From positions 32,001 to 96,000 of IMG/VR virus record IMGVR_UViG_2595698834_000001: a DNA stretch of 64,000 bases. One strand, given 5' to 3'. Source of the DNA: a virus. Taxonomy: Duplodnaviria; Caudoviricetes. The notes under the pieces were generated by a model, which saw only the letters and a program-made list of their open reading frames with translations, had not been told where the DNA came from and did not search any database. The number at the start of each line of letters is the position of its first letter. Position 1 is the stretch's first letter. Positions 18,306 through 27,478 of this stretch are shown in pieces. Made by a program: the position numbers and the translations under genes.

Positions 18306-19349
18306 CAGTTAGTACCCTCGGTTTCCCGATATTTATTAGGGGCTTAGACTATATCTTATCTAGTGTCGTTACTACTAGACCGTGGCGCTTCCACTTAAGG
18401 ATTTCCACCTCAAATGTACCCTACTCAGTTACTCACTCGTGTCCTCTCGACAGAAGCTATCCTTTCGGTAGTCGTTACACTTTCTACACTCTCACATGTA
18501 GTTTACTCATTGTCTTTTACAACGAACTTCCACCCTTTATGGTGGGCTCTTCTTCCTTTAAGTACGTCTCCTATACAAGAGTCGTTAAGGTTGTGCTGCT
18601 TCGCAAACTCCTGAACTTGAACGAACTCAAACCGTTCTTTCTGAGGTGAAATTGCTACTTTTTCTTTATACCTTAAGGGAGTTTCTTTAGGTTTAACTGG
18701 GTTGTGTAGATACTCAAACTTCCAACCCTTGTGGTGACTTTGCTGCCCCGTGAGACAGAAGTACACATTAGGGGGTTCAAAGAATGTTGCCTACAAAACT
18801 CCTCTCGGTTTTTAAACATAAACACTTCGTTTTTAGGAGATACTGCTTTACACTCTCTCATTCGAACTTCGTACGTTGGTTTAAAGTTCTCTTCTGGTTT
18901 AACAAACATACAAGTTTGCGGACTGTATATTTTATTTCCTTCGATCTTAATATCTTTGTCCAAGTGAAAAGTTTCTTTTATGTATGCATCTTCATCCCAC
19001 CCGTCTACGGTGTCCACTGTCTCTAGGAAGCCATCGAGTGTGCGCCAGTCGTCACATACGGTCACACCTTTAGCTCCGTAAAAGCGGTAGCTTTGGTGTT
19101 TTGGATTGTAACATCTTTGGTTCATGTCATACCAAGTTTTTCTTAATTTTTTATATAGTACGTTATGATATTGTCGTTCTCCGATAGGGAAAGTGATTGC
19201 CAAGTTAATCCTCCTTTCGTATTTTTTATGTGAGAGTTGTAGCTTAGCACGGTATTACCATGTTTTAACTTAGGCTTTCACCGTTAGCCTGCATTTTGCA
19301 GACACCTTACATTTGTAAGTTCACCACGTTTTACTACGGCAAATAGTTT
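18306..19349 (-). mobile_element. group I intron (IA2-like, 1044 nt) in polA
   Basis: 5' splice site after U in TACGGU, paired U:G in P1 with GCCGUA; P3 CGUGGUG/CGCCACG; P7 GACUA..AAGAUAUAGUC; terminal G. Splicing restores FGLAYG|ETPF in frame (1097 aa). Confidence 0.93.
18503..19203 (-). pseudogene. intron-encoded HNH-type homing endonuclease, split by a one-base deficit in a C5 run
   Basis: WYDMNQRC..YGAKGVTVCDDW..LDKD..YSPQTC nuclease domain plus two HKGWKF-ending DNA-binding repeats. The two ORFs join if the C5 run at 18771-18775 is C6 (233 aa). Confidence 0.8.
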
Positions 19350-21941
19350 ACCGTAAGCCAAGCCGAAGGTGGTTGCCTTTGCTGTACTACGTTGATCCCC
19401 AGTAACCTCTTCAGGAGGAACATTAAACACAAGGGCAGCGGTCTCTCTGTGCGGATCGGCTCCGTCAAGGAACGCTTGCGTCATATCGTTATCTCCTGCG
19501 GCTAGAGCAAGAATACGAGCTTCTAGTGAGCTATAATCCAATTGCAGTAATGCACCATCCGCAAAGCTTGTGACAAACATACGTTTAATCGGATTCTTAT
19601 AGTCGAATCGGTGAATATCCTCTACTTTTCTCGGCAACTGTTGCATGTTTGGCTTAGAAGACGAAAGACGAGTCGTAGCCGTTCCTGTTGAGTTGAACCC
19701 TCCGTGAACAATATCATTAGCGTCTTTCAAAGCCAGTAGCTTATACGTGAAGTTCTGTTTTCTTGTCTTAACTGCGGAATGCGTAAGAAGCAAATCAGCC
19801 ATTTCAGAGAGCTCTTCGACATGGTCCTTGAGGTAAGGTAGCGTGGCTTTGGTATCTACCTTATAATGGTGCCATTCAACCTCGTCCTCTTGTATATCAT
19901 TCTCTGCGGCGGATTTTACAAGATACTCTTTATTGAACGGTAGCTTTATCCCCGTATACTCAAGTAAAACTTTTTGTTTGTGTAGTGAGGAGTTAGGGCT
20001 GAAAATTCTGTCTTCCGGGTCTTTATATTTATCTCGGAGCTTTGCTTTATCTTTGTCTCGAAGATTAGGCGGCTTAGACCATTCCGCTATCCCTATCTCG
20101 TATAGCTCTTGAAGTTCATTTTCAAGTCTTTTCACAAGAGGAAACTCTCGAAGAACAGCGAGTAATCTTTCTTCTTCCGCTGTATAGCTATTAATGATCT
20201 GCTCTACATACTCAATATCCATCTTAATTCCGTTAGCCTCGATGTAAGCCAACGCATCTGTCATCTCAGGATAGTGCTGAGTGTATAGGTATCTAATCTT
20301 TTGGTTCTCAGGTAACTGTCCAACAGCATCCAGTTTGTTATGAACACGTAAGCATACGTCAACGTCCCCGGAAGCGTAAGGTGAGAGAATCTCTTTTAAA
20401 GGGAACCATTCATAGTTAAAGTCAGAGCCGTCAATCTCATTAGCCCGTTCAGTGGCTTTACCAAAGTCAATCTTTTCGAACACAGGTTCAGGAATATCTA
20501 CAGGTGAACGATTCTCTCTTCGAGCATTTTCTCTCTCTAACTTTACCTGCTCCTTGTACTCTGCCTTCATCTGAGCTTCTTTATCTTTGTGTTCCGCTTT
20601 AGCTGCTTTAATTCTTGCAGCCTCTTCAGCTTTCCATTGCCTTTGATATTCGACTTTATAGTCTTCAAGCGGTTTATCATACCCACCCATGTCAGTAAAC
20701 TCGTAAGTAATATCGGATAACTGACGGGATACTTTGGAGTCTTGGCTTACTAGTAACCAATACATAATCTTAGTGTCTCTGTTGTTATGGAAGTCATCGA
20801 AACCTTTCGTAAGTCGAAGGAATCTCACGTCGAACTGAAGGTTGTGACCTACTTTTACAATGTCCGGGCTAGCAACAAACGCTTGAATATATTGATATAT
20901 TTCAGCGAGATGTCCCGGGAGCCACGTAAACTCTTTATGTTCTAATGGTATCGTTACCCCAGTACCTTCTGCCCAGCTAAGGGATATAACAAGAGGTTTT
21001 GCTCCTGCTACTTCCGGTCGAAGTGTGTTGGTCTCTAAATCCCAAGATACAATAGGAGCGTTTGGGATTTCTTTATTAAAAATCTCCCTAACTCTTTCAA
21101 TAGATTCAACGTGCTCGTAGTCAACAGGCTTTGAGTTAAACGCTTCTTCGCCCTTTTCGAGGAACTTCTGTAAGGTAACAAAATCGGTCTGAACAAAATT
21201 CTGAATATTGGGGACTACCATCATGTACTCAATAGAATACATAGGAAGAACCCAGCAAGTATGACTACTGTCTTCACTCTGAGGGAGATACTCTCGGTAC
21301 CTATTGTCCAGTTCTTTTAAAGCCTGCTGAGCTTGATCAATAGTGTTATGATGAGAGTTTAACTCCTTCTGAAGAGAGTTACTGTCCTTTAAGCGATCTT
21401 GGTAAGCTTTAAGGAAGTACTCTAGCTGTTCTTCAGCAACTTGAAGACTGCCAGCCAGCTGGGTGTGCTCAGCTTCGTATGCTGATTGTAGTTCCGGGGT
21501 GAACTCCTTACGTTCTGTGTTGTTACCTGCTGTGATTGTAACCTTTACTGGAACTCCACGAGCAGCTCCAATCTTGGCTCCACCTGTCAGAGCTTTTAGT
21601 CCGACAGCACCTGTAGGCACAATGATGTCCGGCTTCTCTCTAACAATTCGTTCGTAGAGGAAAGGGTACTCTTTCTTAGCTTCAGTAACTCCGATCTTCT
21701 TGTACTTGGTAGCTCGGTTATACTTGTCTCGCTGTAGTACTTGAGGAATTTGTTCATAGGCATAGTCTATATAGTAATCGTTTTTGGTTAGAGCTAATCC
21801 GTCAGGGTTTTCTGCAAGTGCTCTTAAAATCTTACCCGCTTCAGTCTGTAAGAATACATTTTTAAAACCACCATACTGGTCAGTCTTCTTAATATGGTTC
21901 TCCCTGAGATGCTCTTGAAGAAATAGGACTTTCAAAGACAT
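19350..21941 (-). CDS. polA: DNA polymerase family A, exon 1 (UDG-like N-domain, 3'-5' exonuclease, polymerase motifs A and B)
   Basis: WDLETN, GHNLQFD, YASGDVD, TATTRLSSSKPNMQQLP, DYSSLEARILA and RSTAKATTFGLAYG. Confidence 0.95.
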
Positions 21942-21974
21942 TCCTCCTCCTTTTGGTTTGTAAGTCTGTATATA

Positions 21975-22003
21975 ATCATACTATAACATACAATGATAGT
22001 CAA
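21975..22003 (-). promoter_or_regulatory. sigmaA-like promoter for polA
   Basis: TTGACT-17 bp-TATGAT, following a terminator. Confidence 0.7.
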
Positions 22004-22023
22004 CAGAAAAAAAGAGCCGAATA

Positions 22024-22332
22024 TCAGCTCTTTTTATTTTCTCCTAAATCTAAAGGTAATTCTAACTTGTCCCACTGAGATAGTAGCATTACTTTGGCTA
22101 CACGTTTTCTTTCTCTTATAAAATATCTGTTGTTTAGCCCGTCATATGCTCGCTTCTCGGGAAGTACTTCAGTGTAAATCTTTAAGTTCTTTCCGATCTT
22201 AAGGTTATGTCCTTCTTTAATTACTTCGAGTGCAACCTCGTCAGCTAATTTGAGAATGTCTTCAATGTCTTTTATTTTGTACCCACCCTTTGTAGCTATC
22301 CTACGAGCGAATTGATCACGATTTACTGCCAA
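22024..22332 (-). CDS. HU/IHF-like DNA-binding protein
   Basis: NRDQFARRIA...DIEDIL...VIKEGHNLKIG pattern; TTG start after GGAGGT. Confidence 0.8.
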   Translation of the reverse strand: MAVNRDQFARRIATKGGYKIKDIEDILKLADEVALEVIKEGHNLKIGKNLKIYTEVLPEKRAYDGLNNRYFIRERKRVAKVMLLSQWDKLELPLDLGENKKS

Positions 22333-23071
22333 TGGAATTACCTCCATTTTGAAAACGCTTATTGTCACTAATCACAAGATCCTCAACGTTTCGCATGTCT
22401 TTCTTGGAGTCACATACCAACCAAATATTCATTTTCCAAGTAGATAATGGGTCTTGCAGATGCTGGAAGCAGAAATATTTGTACTTCGATTTTAGATGGT
22501 ACCTGCCATTGTAGAATACATAGAACGGTTTATGTCGATCTTGTATCTCCTGTTCAGTTAATGCAGGGAAAGAGATTCTTACTTTGTCAACATGGTACCT
22601 AAGTGGGTACAATGAGAATAAATAGTCATACACGTTAATATCCGGTAATACAATAGGAACGTCTATAACGACCTGAGTAGCCATAGAAGCTAACTGAACG
22701 TTTTTGACATCCTCGTGCGTATACTCTTTCTTACAGTAGAAAATTACTTCCGACTGCGGGGTAGCGGCTAACTTTGAAATTACAGGCAGCGGAACCCTGT
22801 CTTGCGTGTAATACTTAATGAACCCGCCGTGGTCGAATATCTTTTCTTGTAATGTGTCGTTGTTGTACCGCTGCTTAAAGATAAGATAAGTTTTGTCATT
22901 TCTTTTGTTAAACCTATGAGAATCCCCTTTCAAAGCGTTCATCTCTTTTTCGACTTCCTTCTCGTTGAGCTGTGTTACTTTGATGGATCGAGTCTCGTCT
23001 TGCTTTGTAGTTAAGTTTAAATTAAATAGTCTGTCAGTATTGTGTATGTTTAAGGATTTTTGTCTAGCCAT
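22316..23071 (-). CDS. conserved hypothetical protein
   Basis: 251-aa ORF overlapping the start of the HU-like gene. Confidence 0.85.
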   Translation of the reverse strand: MARQKSLNIHNTDRLFNLNLTTKQDETRSIKVTQLNEKEVEKEMNALKGDSHRFNKRNDKTYLIFKQRYNNDTLQEKIFDHGGFIKYYTQDRVPLPVISKLAATPQSEVIFYCKKEYTHEDVKNVQLASMATQVVIDVPIVLPDINVYDYLFSLYPLRYHVDKVRISFPALTEQEIQDRHKPFYVFYNGRYHLKSKYKYFCFQHLQDPLSTWKMNIWLVCDSKKDMRNVEDLVISDNKRFQNGGNSIGSKS

Positions 23072-23177
23072 TATTTTCTGCCCTTCCTTGTCTTGTTAGA
23101 TTACTCTGTATATTCTTATTATACCACAAAACAAAGAAAGTAGAGGTTTTCCCCTCTACTTAGTTACAGAATTGATA

Positions 23178-23558
23178 TTATTGGTTACAGATGATGTTTA
23201 CAAGAACTCTCCGCTGCTTATCTGTGAGTTGATGCTGGGCTAGCGCTTTGCTGTATATGTCAATCTTCATACTCTTATACTGGTCGTCACGTAGGTCATC
23301 CATTAGACCAGTTTCATGAATAATATGAGCTAGTGTATTCTGTGGTAGTGCGTGTAACGTATCCATTGTTGTACGTAGTCTTTCTCGATAGATCTCAAGT
23401 TGTCTTTTAAGCCATTCCAGCTCATTGTCCTGATAAGGGTGCTCCTGTATAGCTTCTCGAACACTTGAAGGGTGAATATCAAATATTTTCCTGTACCCCG
23501 TCATTGAAAAATCCTCCCTCTCCGGTAAGTTACTGAACTGGTTTATTTGATCTGCCAT
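23178..23558 (-). CDS. hypothetical protein
   Basis: 126-aa ORF. Confidence 0.75.
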   Translation of the reverse strand: MADQINQFSNLPEREDFSMTGYRKIFDIHPSSVREAIQEHPYQDNELEWLKRQLEIYRERLRTTMDTLHALPQNTLAHIIHETGLMDDLRDDQYKSMKIDIYSKALAQHQLTDKQRRVLVNIICNQ

Positions 23559-23574
23559 CTAATCAGCCCCCATA

Positions 23575-24171
23575 TCAGCCCTGCTCTCTTCTTGTATTCG
23601 TAGCTTCATACAATGCCTGCGATAGTTCCTCTTCAGACACTTTCTTGATGTGCTCCATTAGCTCTTCCAAAGAAACTGGTGCGCCAAACTCTCTGTCCTG
23701 CAACCAAGGGCTGTCTACACCTACATTTATCTGATTCGGGCTAGAGGACGGCGTGCTGTGAATATGACCATGAATAGACCATTTAAGAGGTCTAACGCCA
23801 ATATGCATAGGGAAATGAGTTAGCCACATCTGCTGCTTGTTACACTTTACATAGGTACCTACCTCGTGGTAGTCGTGCAGTAGTCCGAGTTTACCAATCT
23901 TTTTGTAGTGCTTAGACTTATCATGGTTTCCTTTGATCAATATAATATTCCCGTTAAGCCTAGAGAGAACGTCTACTGTATTCTCGTAATTAGTGATACT
24001 AAAATCCCCTAGATGGTACACTGTGTCTCCGTACTGGACTGTGTTGTTCCATGCTTGGATCATACCTTCGTTCATTTCTTCAACAGAGCTGTAAGGTCTG
24101 TTCTCAAAATCCAAAATATGCTTATGCCAAAAATGTGAATCACTTGTAAAATAAGTTCCCATTACACTCAC
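23575..24171 (-). CDS. calcineurin-like metallophosphoesterase
   Basis: Motifs FTSDSHF, HLGDF, KGNHD, THFP, HGHIH and NVGVD. Confidence 0.92.
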   Translation of the reverse strand: MSVMGTYFTSDSHFWHKHILDFENRPYSSVEEMNEGMIQAWNNTVQYGDTVYHLGDFSITNYENTVDVLSRLNGNIILIKGNHDKSKHYKKIGKLGLLHDYHEVGTYVKCNKQQMWLTHFPMHIGVRPLKWSIHGHIHSTPSSSPNQINVGVDSPWLQDREFGAPVSLEELMEHIKKVSEEELSQALYEATNTRREQG

Positions 24172-24447
24172 CTACCATTTAAATTCATCAGGATATTTAA
24201 TACTCTTATCTTGATTTTCAACTAATTCATCGAATATGTTGTCTAAAACGTGCTCGGTAAAAAGGTTAGTAGCCAGCTGATTGCTGCTTATTTCTTGTAA
24301 ACTCTTAACTACGGATTCGGCAAATTTCCTTTTGAATTTAACACGCATTTGAGCTTCACCTTTGCTGCTAGTTACTTCGAATACGCCAACTACCTCATCT
24401 ACTGGTAGTTTGATAACAATGTTACTTCCGCTTAACTTTGCTTCCAT
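24172..24447 (-). CDS. hypothetical protein (paralog of 24463-24726)
   Basis: MEAKLSG..IVIK and RVKFKRKFAES are shared with the neighbour. Confidence 0.8.
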   Translation of the reverse strand: MEAKLSGSNIVIKLPVDEVVGVFEVTSSKGEAQMRVKFKRKFAESVVKSLQEISSNQLATNLFTEHVLDNIFDELVENQDKSIKYPDEFKW

Positions 24448-24462
24448 GAGTTTCCCTCCTAG

Positions 24463-24726
24463 TTATTTCTTTAGTGGTATAGCAATACTCGGATCATCAT
24501 CTTCCATCATACATCCGAAAATGGTATTAAACATCTCTTCAAGTACTAAATTTGGATCGTCCTTCAGGTGGTCGTCTAGGTATGATGCAAAAGATTCAGC
24601 GAATTTCCGTTTGAACTTAACCCTCAGCTCTTCGTGCCATAACTCAGGGTGACCGTTAAAGATGTCCTCTAGTTGATTCGTGCTTATTTTAATAACTATA
24701 CTATTGCCGCTAACTTTTGCTTCCAA
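24463..24726 (-). CDS. hypothetical protein (paralog of 24172-24447)
   Basis: MEAKVSG..IVIK and RVKFKRKFAES; TTG start after AGGAGG. Confidence 0.8.
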   Translation of the reverse strand: MEAKVSGNSIVIKISTNQLEDIFNGHPELWHEELRVKFKRKFAESFASYLDDHLKDDPNLVLEEMFNTIFGCMMEDDDPSIAIPLKK

Positions 24727-24762
24727 AATGTATTCCTCCTATATATCTTATAGTGTAGTTAC

Positions 24763-24791
24763 AGTCTACCATTGTTTTTCTCTACTGTCAA
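24763..24791 (-). promoter_or_regulatory. sigmaA-like promoter
   Basis: TTGACA-17 bp-TAGACT with an extended -10 TG. Confidence 0.7.
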
Positions 24792-24792
24792 C

Positions 24793-24821
24793 AAAAAAAA
24801 GAGAAGAATATCTTCTCTTTT
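24793..24821 (-). terminator. intrinsic terminator
   Basis: AAAGAGAAGA-loop-TCTTCTCTTT hairpin followed by a U tract. Confidence 0.7.
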
Positions 24822-25056
24822 AGTTTTTTCGTTGGTCGCTAACGAATTTATGGATAGCTGCTAGTTCCTTATGGTTTCTACGGACCATCATGTCATTGAT
24901 TTCATCAACTGCTTTATACATATTAGACTGCAAGTCTTTTCGCACTGAACTAGGGCAGTCTAGCTTATTAGGGGTAGCGTTATCACTGGCTTCCTTCGAC
25001 TCAGGACAACACTGTCCTATATAGTTCCACAAACAATATGAGTTGTTACATTCCAT
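24820..25056 (-). CDS. small Cys-rich hypothetical protein
   Basis: MECNNSYCLWN...CCP...C pattern. Confidence 0.75.
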   Translation of the reverse strand: MECNNSYCLWNYIGQCCPESKEASDNATPNKLDCPSSVRKDLQSNMYKAVDEINDMMVRRNHKELAAIHKFVSDQRKN

Positions 25057-25636
25057 CCTCTTTCACTCCTTTTGTCAGCTCTTTCAGCTCTCGTCTTAAC
25101 ATGAAAAGTTCTCTGTTAGCTTGTGTCAGTTGTCGTGAATTTTCTAAGTAATCTCGCTCATATCGGTCTCTTGACCGCTTCATGTGCAAGTATAAGTTAA
25201 CATCTTCGCTGTCGTATATTTTGTCAGCGTCTCTTGAAAGTGAGCGGATGAAAGAGTTCTTAAGAATGCTTTCATCCACCGCCAGTTCCTGCTTACGTGC
25301 TGCTTTTACGTTCCTGTTACCAAGGTATACTCCGATATGCTTAGGAATCTGATCTTTGACCTTCTCGTACAGTTTCCCGTCTTGAGGAAATACAAAGTAG
25401 TTGTAATGACCTACGAAACTCTTCTTTGCGGTAGACTTGAAGTCTGCGTACGAGACCTTAAGCTCGAAACATCTCCAAACTCCTTTAGAGTCGTAAGTCA
25501 TATAATCAACTCGCTCTTTGCCCATTCCATCTCTCTGAAAACCTATGGTTACCTCGAATCCACCAAACGTACCGATCTTGTTAAAAGCCTGTCGTATCTG
25601 CTGCTCTAACTTTGTAGTTTCCTCACTCTTAGCCAT
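25046..25636 (-). CDS. MmcB-like PD-(D/E)XK nuclease-family protein
   Basis: FEVTIG..ERVDY..RCFELKVSYADFKS..GHYNYFV. Confidence 0.7.
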   Translation of the reverse strand: MAKSEETTKLEQQIRQAFNKIGTFGGFEVTIGFQRDGMGKERVDYMTYDSKGVWRCFELKVSYADFKSTAKKSFVGHYNYFVFPQDGKLYEKVKDQIPKHIGVYLGNRNVKAARKQELAVDESILKNSFIRSLSRDADKIYDSEDVNLYLHMKRSRDRYERDYLENSRQLTQANRELFMLRRELKELTKGVKEDGM

Positions 25637-25719
25637 AATGTTTTAACCTCCTACAGACAACATAGCTGGTTTCCCGTATGGTCGTCATTTACATTTTCCA
25701 TGTTTCAAACTTCTCTTCA

Positions 25720-26166
25720 TTAATTAACTTCATTACTAGATTCCTCTTCTTCCCGGGTCTCTACTGTCTCTGCCCAAGTAATTTCTATTTGCCGTTCCGC
25801 TATCAGTTCGTTAGTAACGGCTGACGTGAGGTAGATGCTGCGTACATACTTTTTCTCTTGTGATAAAATTTCTGCTTCGCCTATGTTTAGCTCAAGTGAC
25901 AGAGCGGCTACTGCACTCTTTACTCTTTCTATTTCCTCGGAACTCGCATCTTTCGGAGGAGCAATACCGACCTGCTCAAGAAGTTCGTTAACTGATGTAT
26001 CGATAGCAACTTTCTCCGCTCTCTTTAGATCTTCCTTGAACTTCTCCATAGTAGTCCCTGTCTGATTACTTTCTTTACTTGACGGCGACCGAGTTAACGA
26101 TGGTTCGTCGACTAATCTTTTCATATTCTCACCTTTGTCGTATTCCGAGTTGCTCAACGCTATCAT
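25720..26166 (-). CDS. hypothetical protein (start uncertain)
   Basis: 148-aa ORF downstream of a promoter. Confidence 0.7.
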   Translation of the reverse strand: MIALSNSEYDKGENMKRLVDEPSLTRSPSSKESNQTGTTMEKFKEDLKRAEKVAIDTSVNELLEQVGIAPPKDASSEEIERVKSAVAALSLELNIGEAEILSQEKKYVRSIYLTSAVTNELIAERQIEITWAETVETREEEESSNEVN

Positions 26167-26193
26167 CCTCTCTTCTATGGTACTACACCCTGT

Positions 26194-26222
26194 ATTTTAC
26201 AGCATAATTACAGCTTTGTCAA
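26194..26222 (-). promoter_or_regulatory. sigmaA-like promoter
   Basis: TTGACA-17 bp-TAAAAT. Confidence 0.75.
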
Positions 26223-26223
26223 C

Positions 26224-26251
26224 AAAAAAAAGAAGGGAATCACCCCTTCTT
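26224..26251 (-). terminator. intrinsic terminator after nrdF
   Basis: AAGAAGGG-loop-CCCTTCTT hairpin followed by a U tract. Confidence 0.8.
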
Positions 26252-27227
26252 ATTCGTTAAAGTAAAAATCGTCGTCCTTGAGCGGTTCAACTGTAGCCTT
26301 CTTATACCCGTTCCCTTTTTGACTGAAGAAGTCGAATGACTTTGTTTTTGTGTTTAACCCGTTAAGAACGATAGGGTTAACATCCTCTTCTTCGAAGATT
26401 CCTTCGTAACCTATGTTGTTTAGAGCTTTGTTGCCATTATACCTAACAAACTTTTTAACATCCGTAGACAAACCTACAGCGTCGTACACATCAGCGGTGT
26501 ACTCTAACTCGTTTTCGTATAACGTTTGGAATAAGTCTAATGCGTAAGCATGAAGCTCTTTTTGTGTTTTAACATCTTGTTTGTTATAGATCTCTTGAGC
26601 CAGCATCCCGACGTAAGCTCCGTGAATCGCTTCATCACGGATTATGAGATTTATCACCTCTCCGGAGTTCATCAGTTTACCTTGCCCGTAGAAATATAAC
26701 GGGTAGTAGAAACCACTATAGAACAAGAAGCTTTCTAAGAAAACAGACGCAGTCATAGCCTTGAAAAGTGAGATGTCGTCGTCCTTTTGAATGTTGTTAT
26801 AGACATCGACAATAATTCTCGCTTTCTTTTGCAAGAACTTGTTGTTCTTTACCCATTCAAACACTTCTTTGATTTCCTCTGAGGAGGCAAGAGTTAGGAA
26901 GATATTAGAATAAGACTTTGCATGAACTGCGTTCTCCATCATACCCATAAAGCTAAGTACGGCTTTTCTTTGGTGCCCTTTCACATGCTCTGCAATGGTA
27001 GGCATTCCTGTATTACCTTGTTCTGTATCAAGTAGTGTAAGACCTGCTAGAACACGCATGTAAGTAAGTTTAACTTCCGGAGCAAGTGACTTCCAAACAA
27101 GTATGTCGCCGTTTAAAGCAATCTCTTCAGGTAGCCAAAACTGTTTTACATTTTGATTATAAAAAATTTGTGTAAAGTCATCGTCGTGATGAGACCAGTC
27201 CGCTGCTGTTAAAATTCTATCTGTCAT
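26250..27227 (-). CDS. nrdF: class Ib ribonucleotide reductase beta subunit
   Basis: [44 protein letters not shown] and [11 protein letters not shown]. Confidence 0.97.
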   Translation of the reverse strand: MTDRILTAADWSHHDDDFTQIFYNQNVKQFWLPEEIALNGDILVWKSLAPEVKLTYMRVLAGLTLLDTEQGNTGMPTIAEHVKGHQRKAVLSFMGMMENAVHAKSYSNIFLTLASSEEIKEVFEWVKNNKFLQKKARIIVDVYNNIQKDDDISLFKAMTASVFLESFLFYSGFYYPLYFYGQGKLMNSGEVINLIIRDEAIHGAYVGMLAQEIYNKQDVKTQKELHAYALDLFQTLYENELEYTADVYDAVGLSTDVKKFVRYNGNKALNNIGYEGIFEEEDVNPIVLNGLNTKTKSFDFFSQKGNGYKKATVEPLKDDDFYFNE

Positions 27228-27394
27228 TATTCTTCCTCCGCCAGTTCCTTATTCTTGTTGTACTCTTCTGTAATAGCTATTCTGAGTTCGTCAATCCAAC
27301 TTAAAACTTCTTCGTAACCTTCCTCGTTGTAGAGATATTCGCTATGGTAAAGGTTTGCTGCTATTTTAAGTGCTAACTCTTCTAGTGTAGTCAT
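27227..27394 (-). CDS. small hypothetical protein (55 aa) between nrdE and nrdF
   Basis: AAGGAG RBS; [20 protein letters not shown]...; TAATG coupling to nrdF. Confidence 0.7.
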   Translation of the reverse strand: MTTLEELALKIAANLYHSEYLYNEEGYEEVLSWIDELRIAITEEYNKNKELAEEE

Positions 27395-27478
27395 GAAAAC
27401 TCTCCTTTTCGTAAGTCACTGAGTTGTGAGAGAGCCTAAAAGCCTTCTCTCCTTTGCTGTACGATACAGTGTTGCGAC

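Noticed and set aside
25640-25735. Tiny ORFs (MKLINEEKFETWKM) as a thioredoxin remnant
   Set aside because: There is no CxxC and the sequence is too short to support a call.
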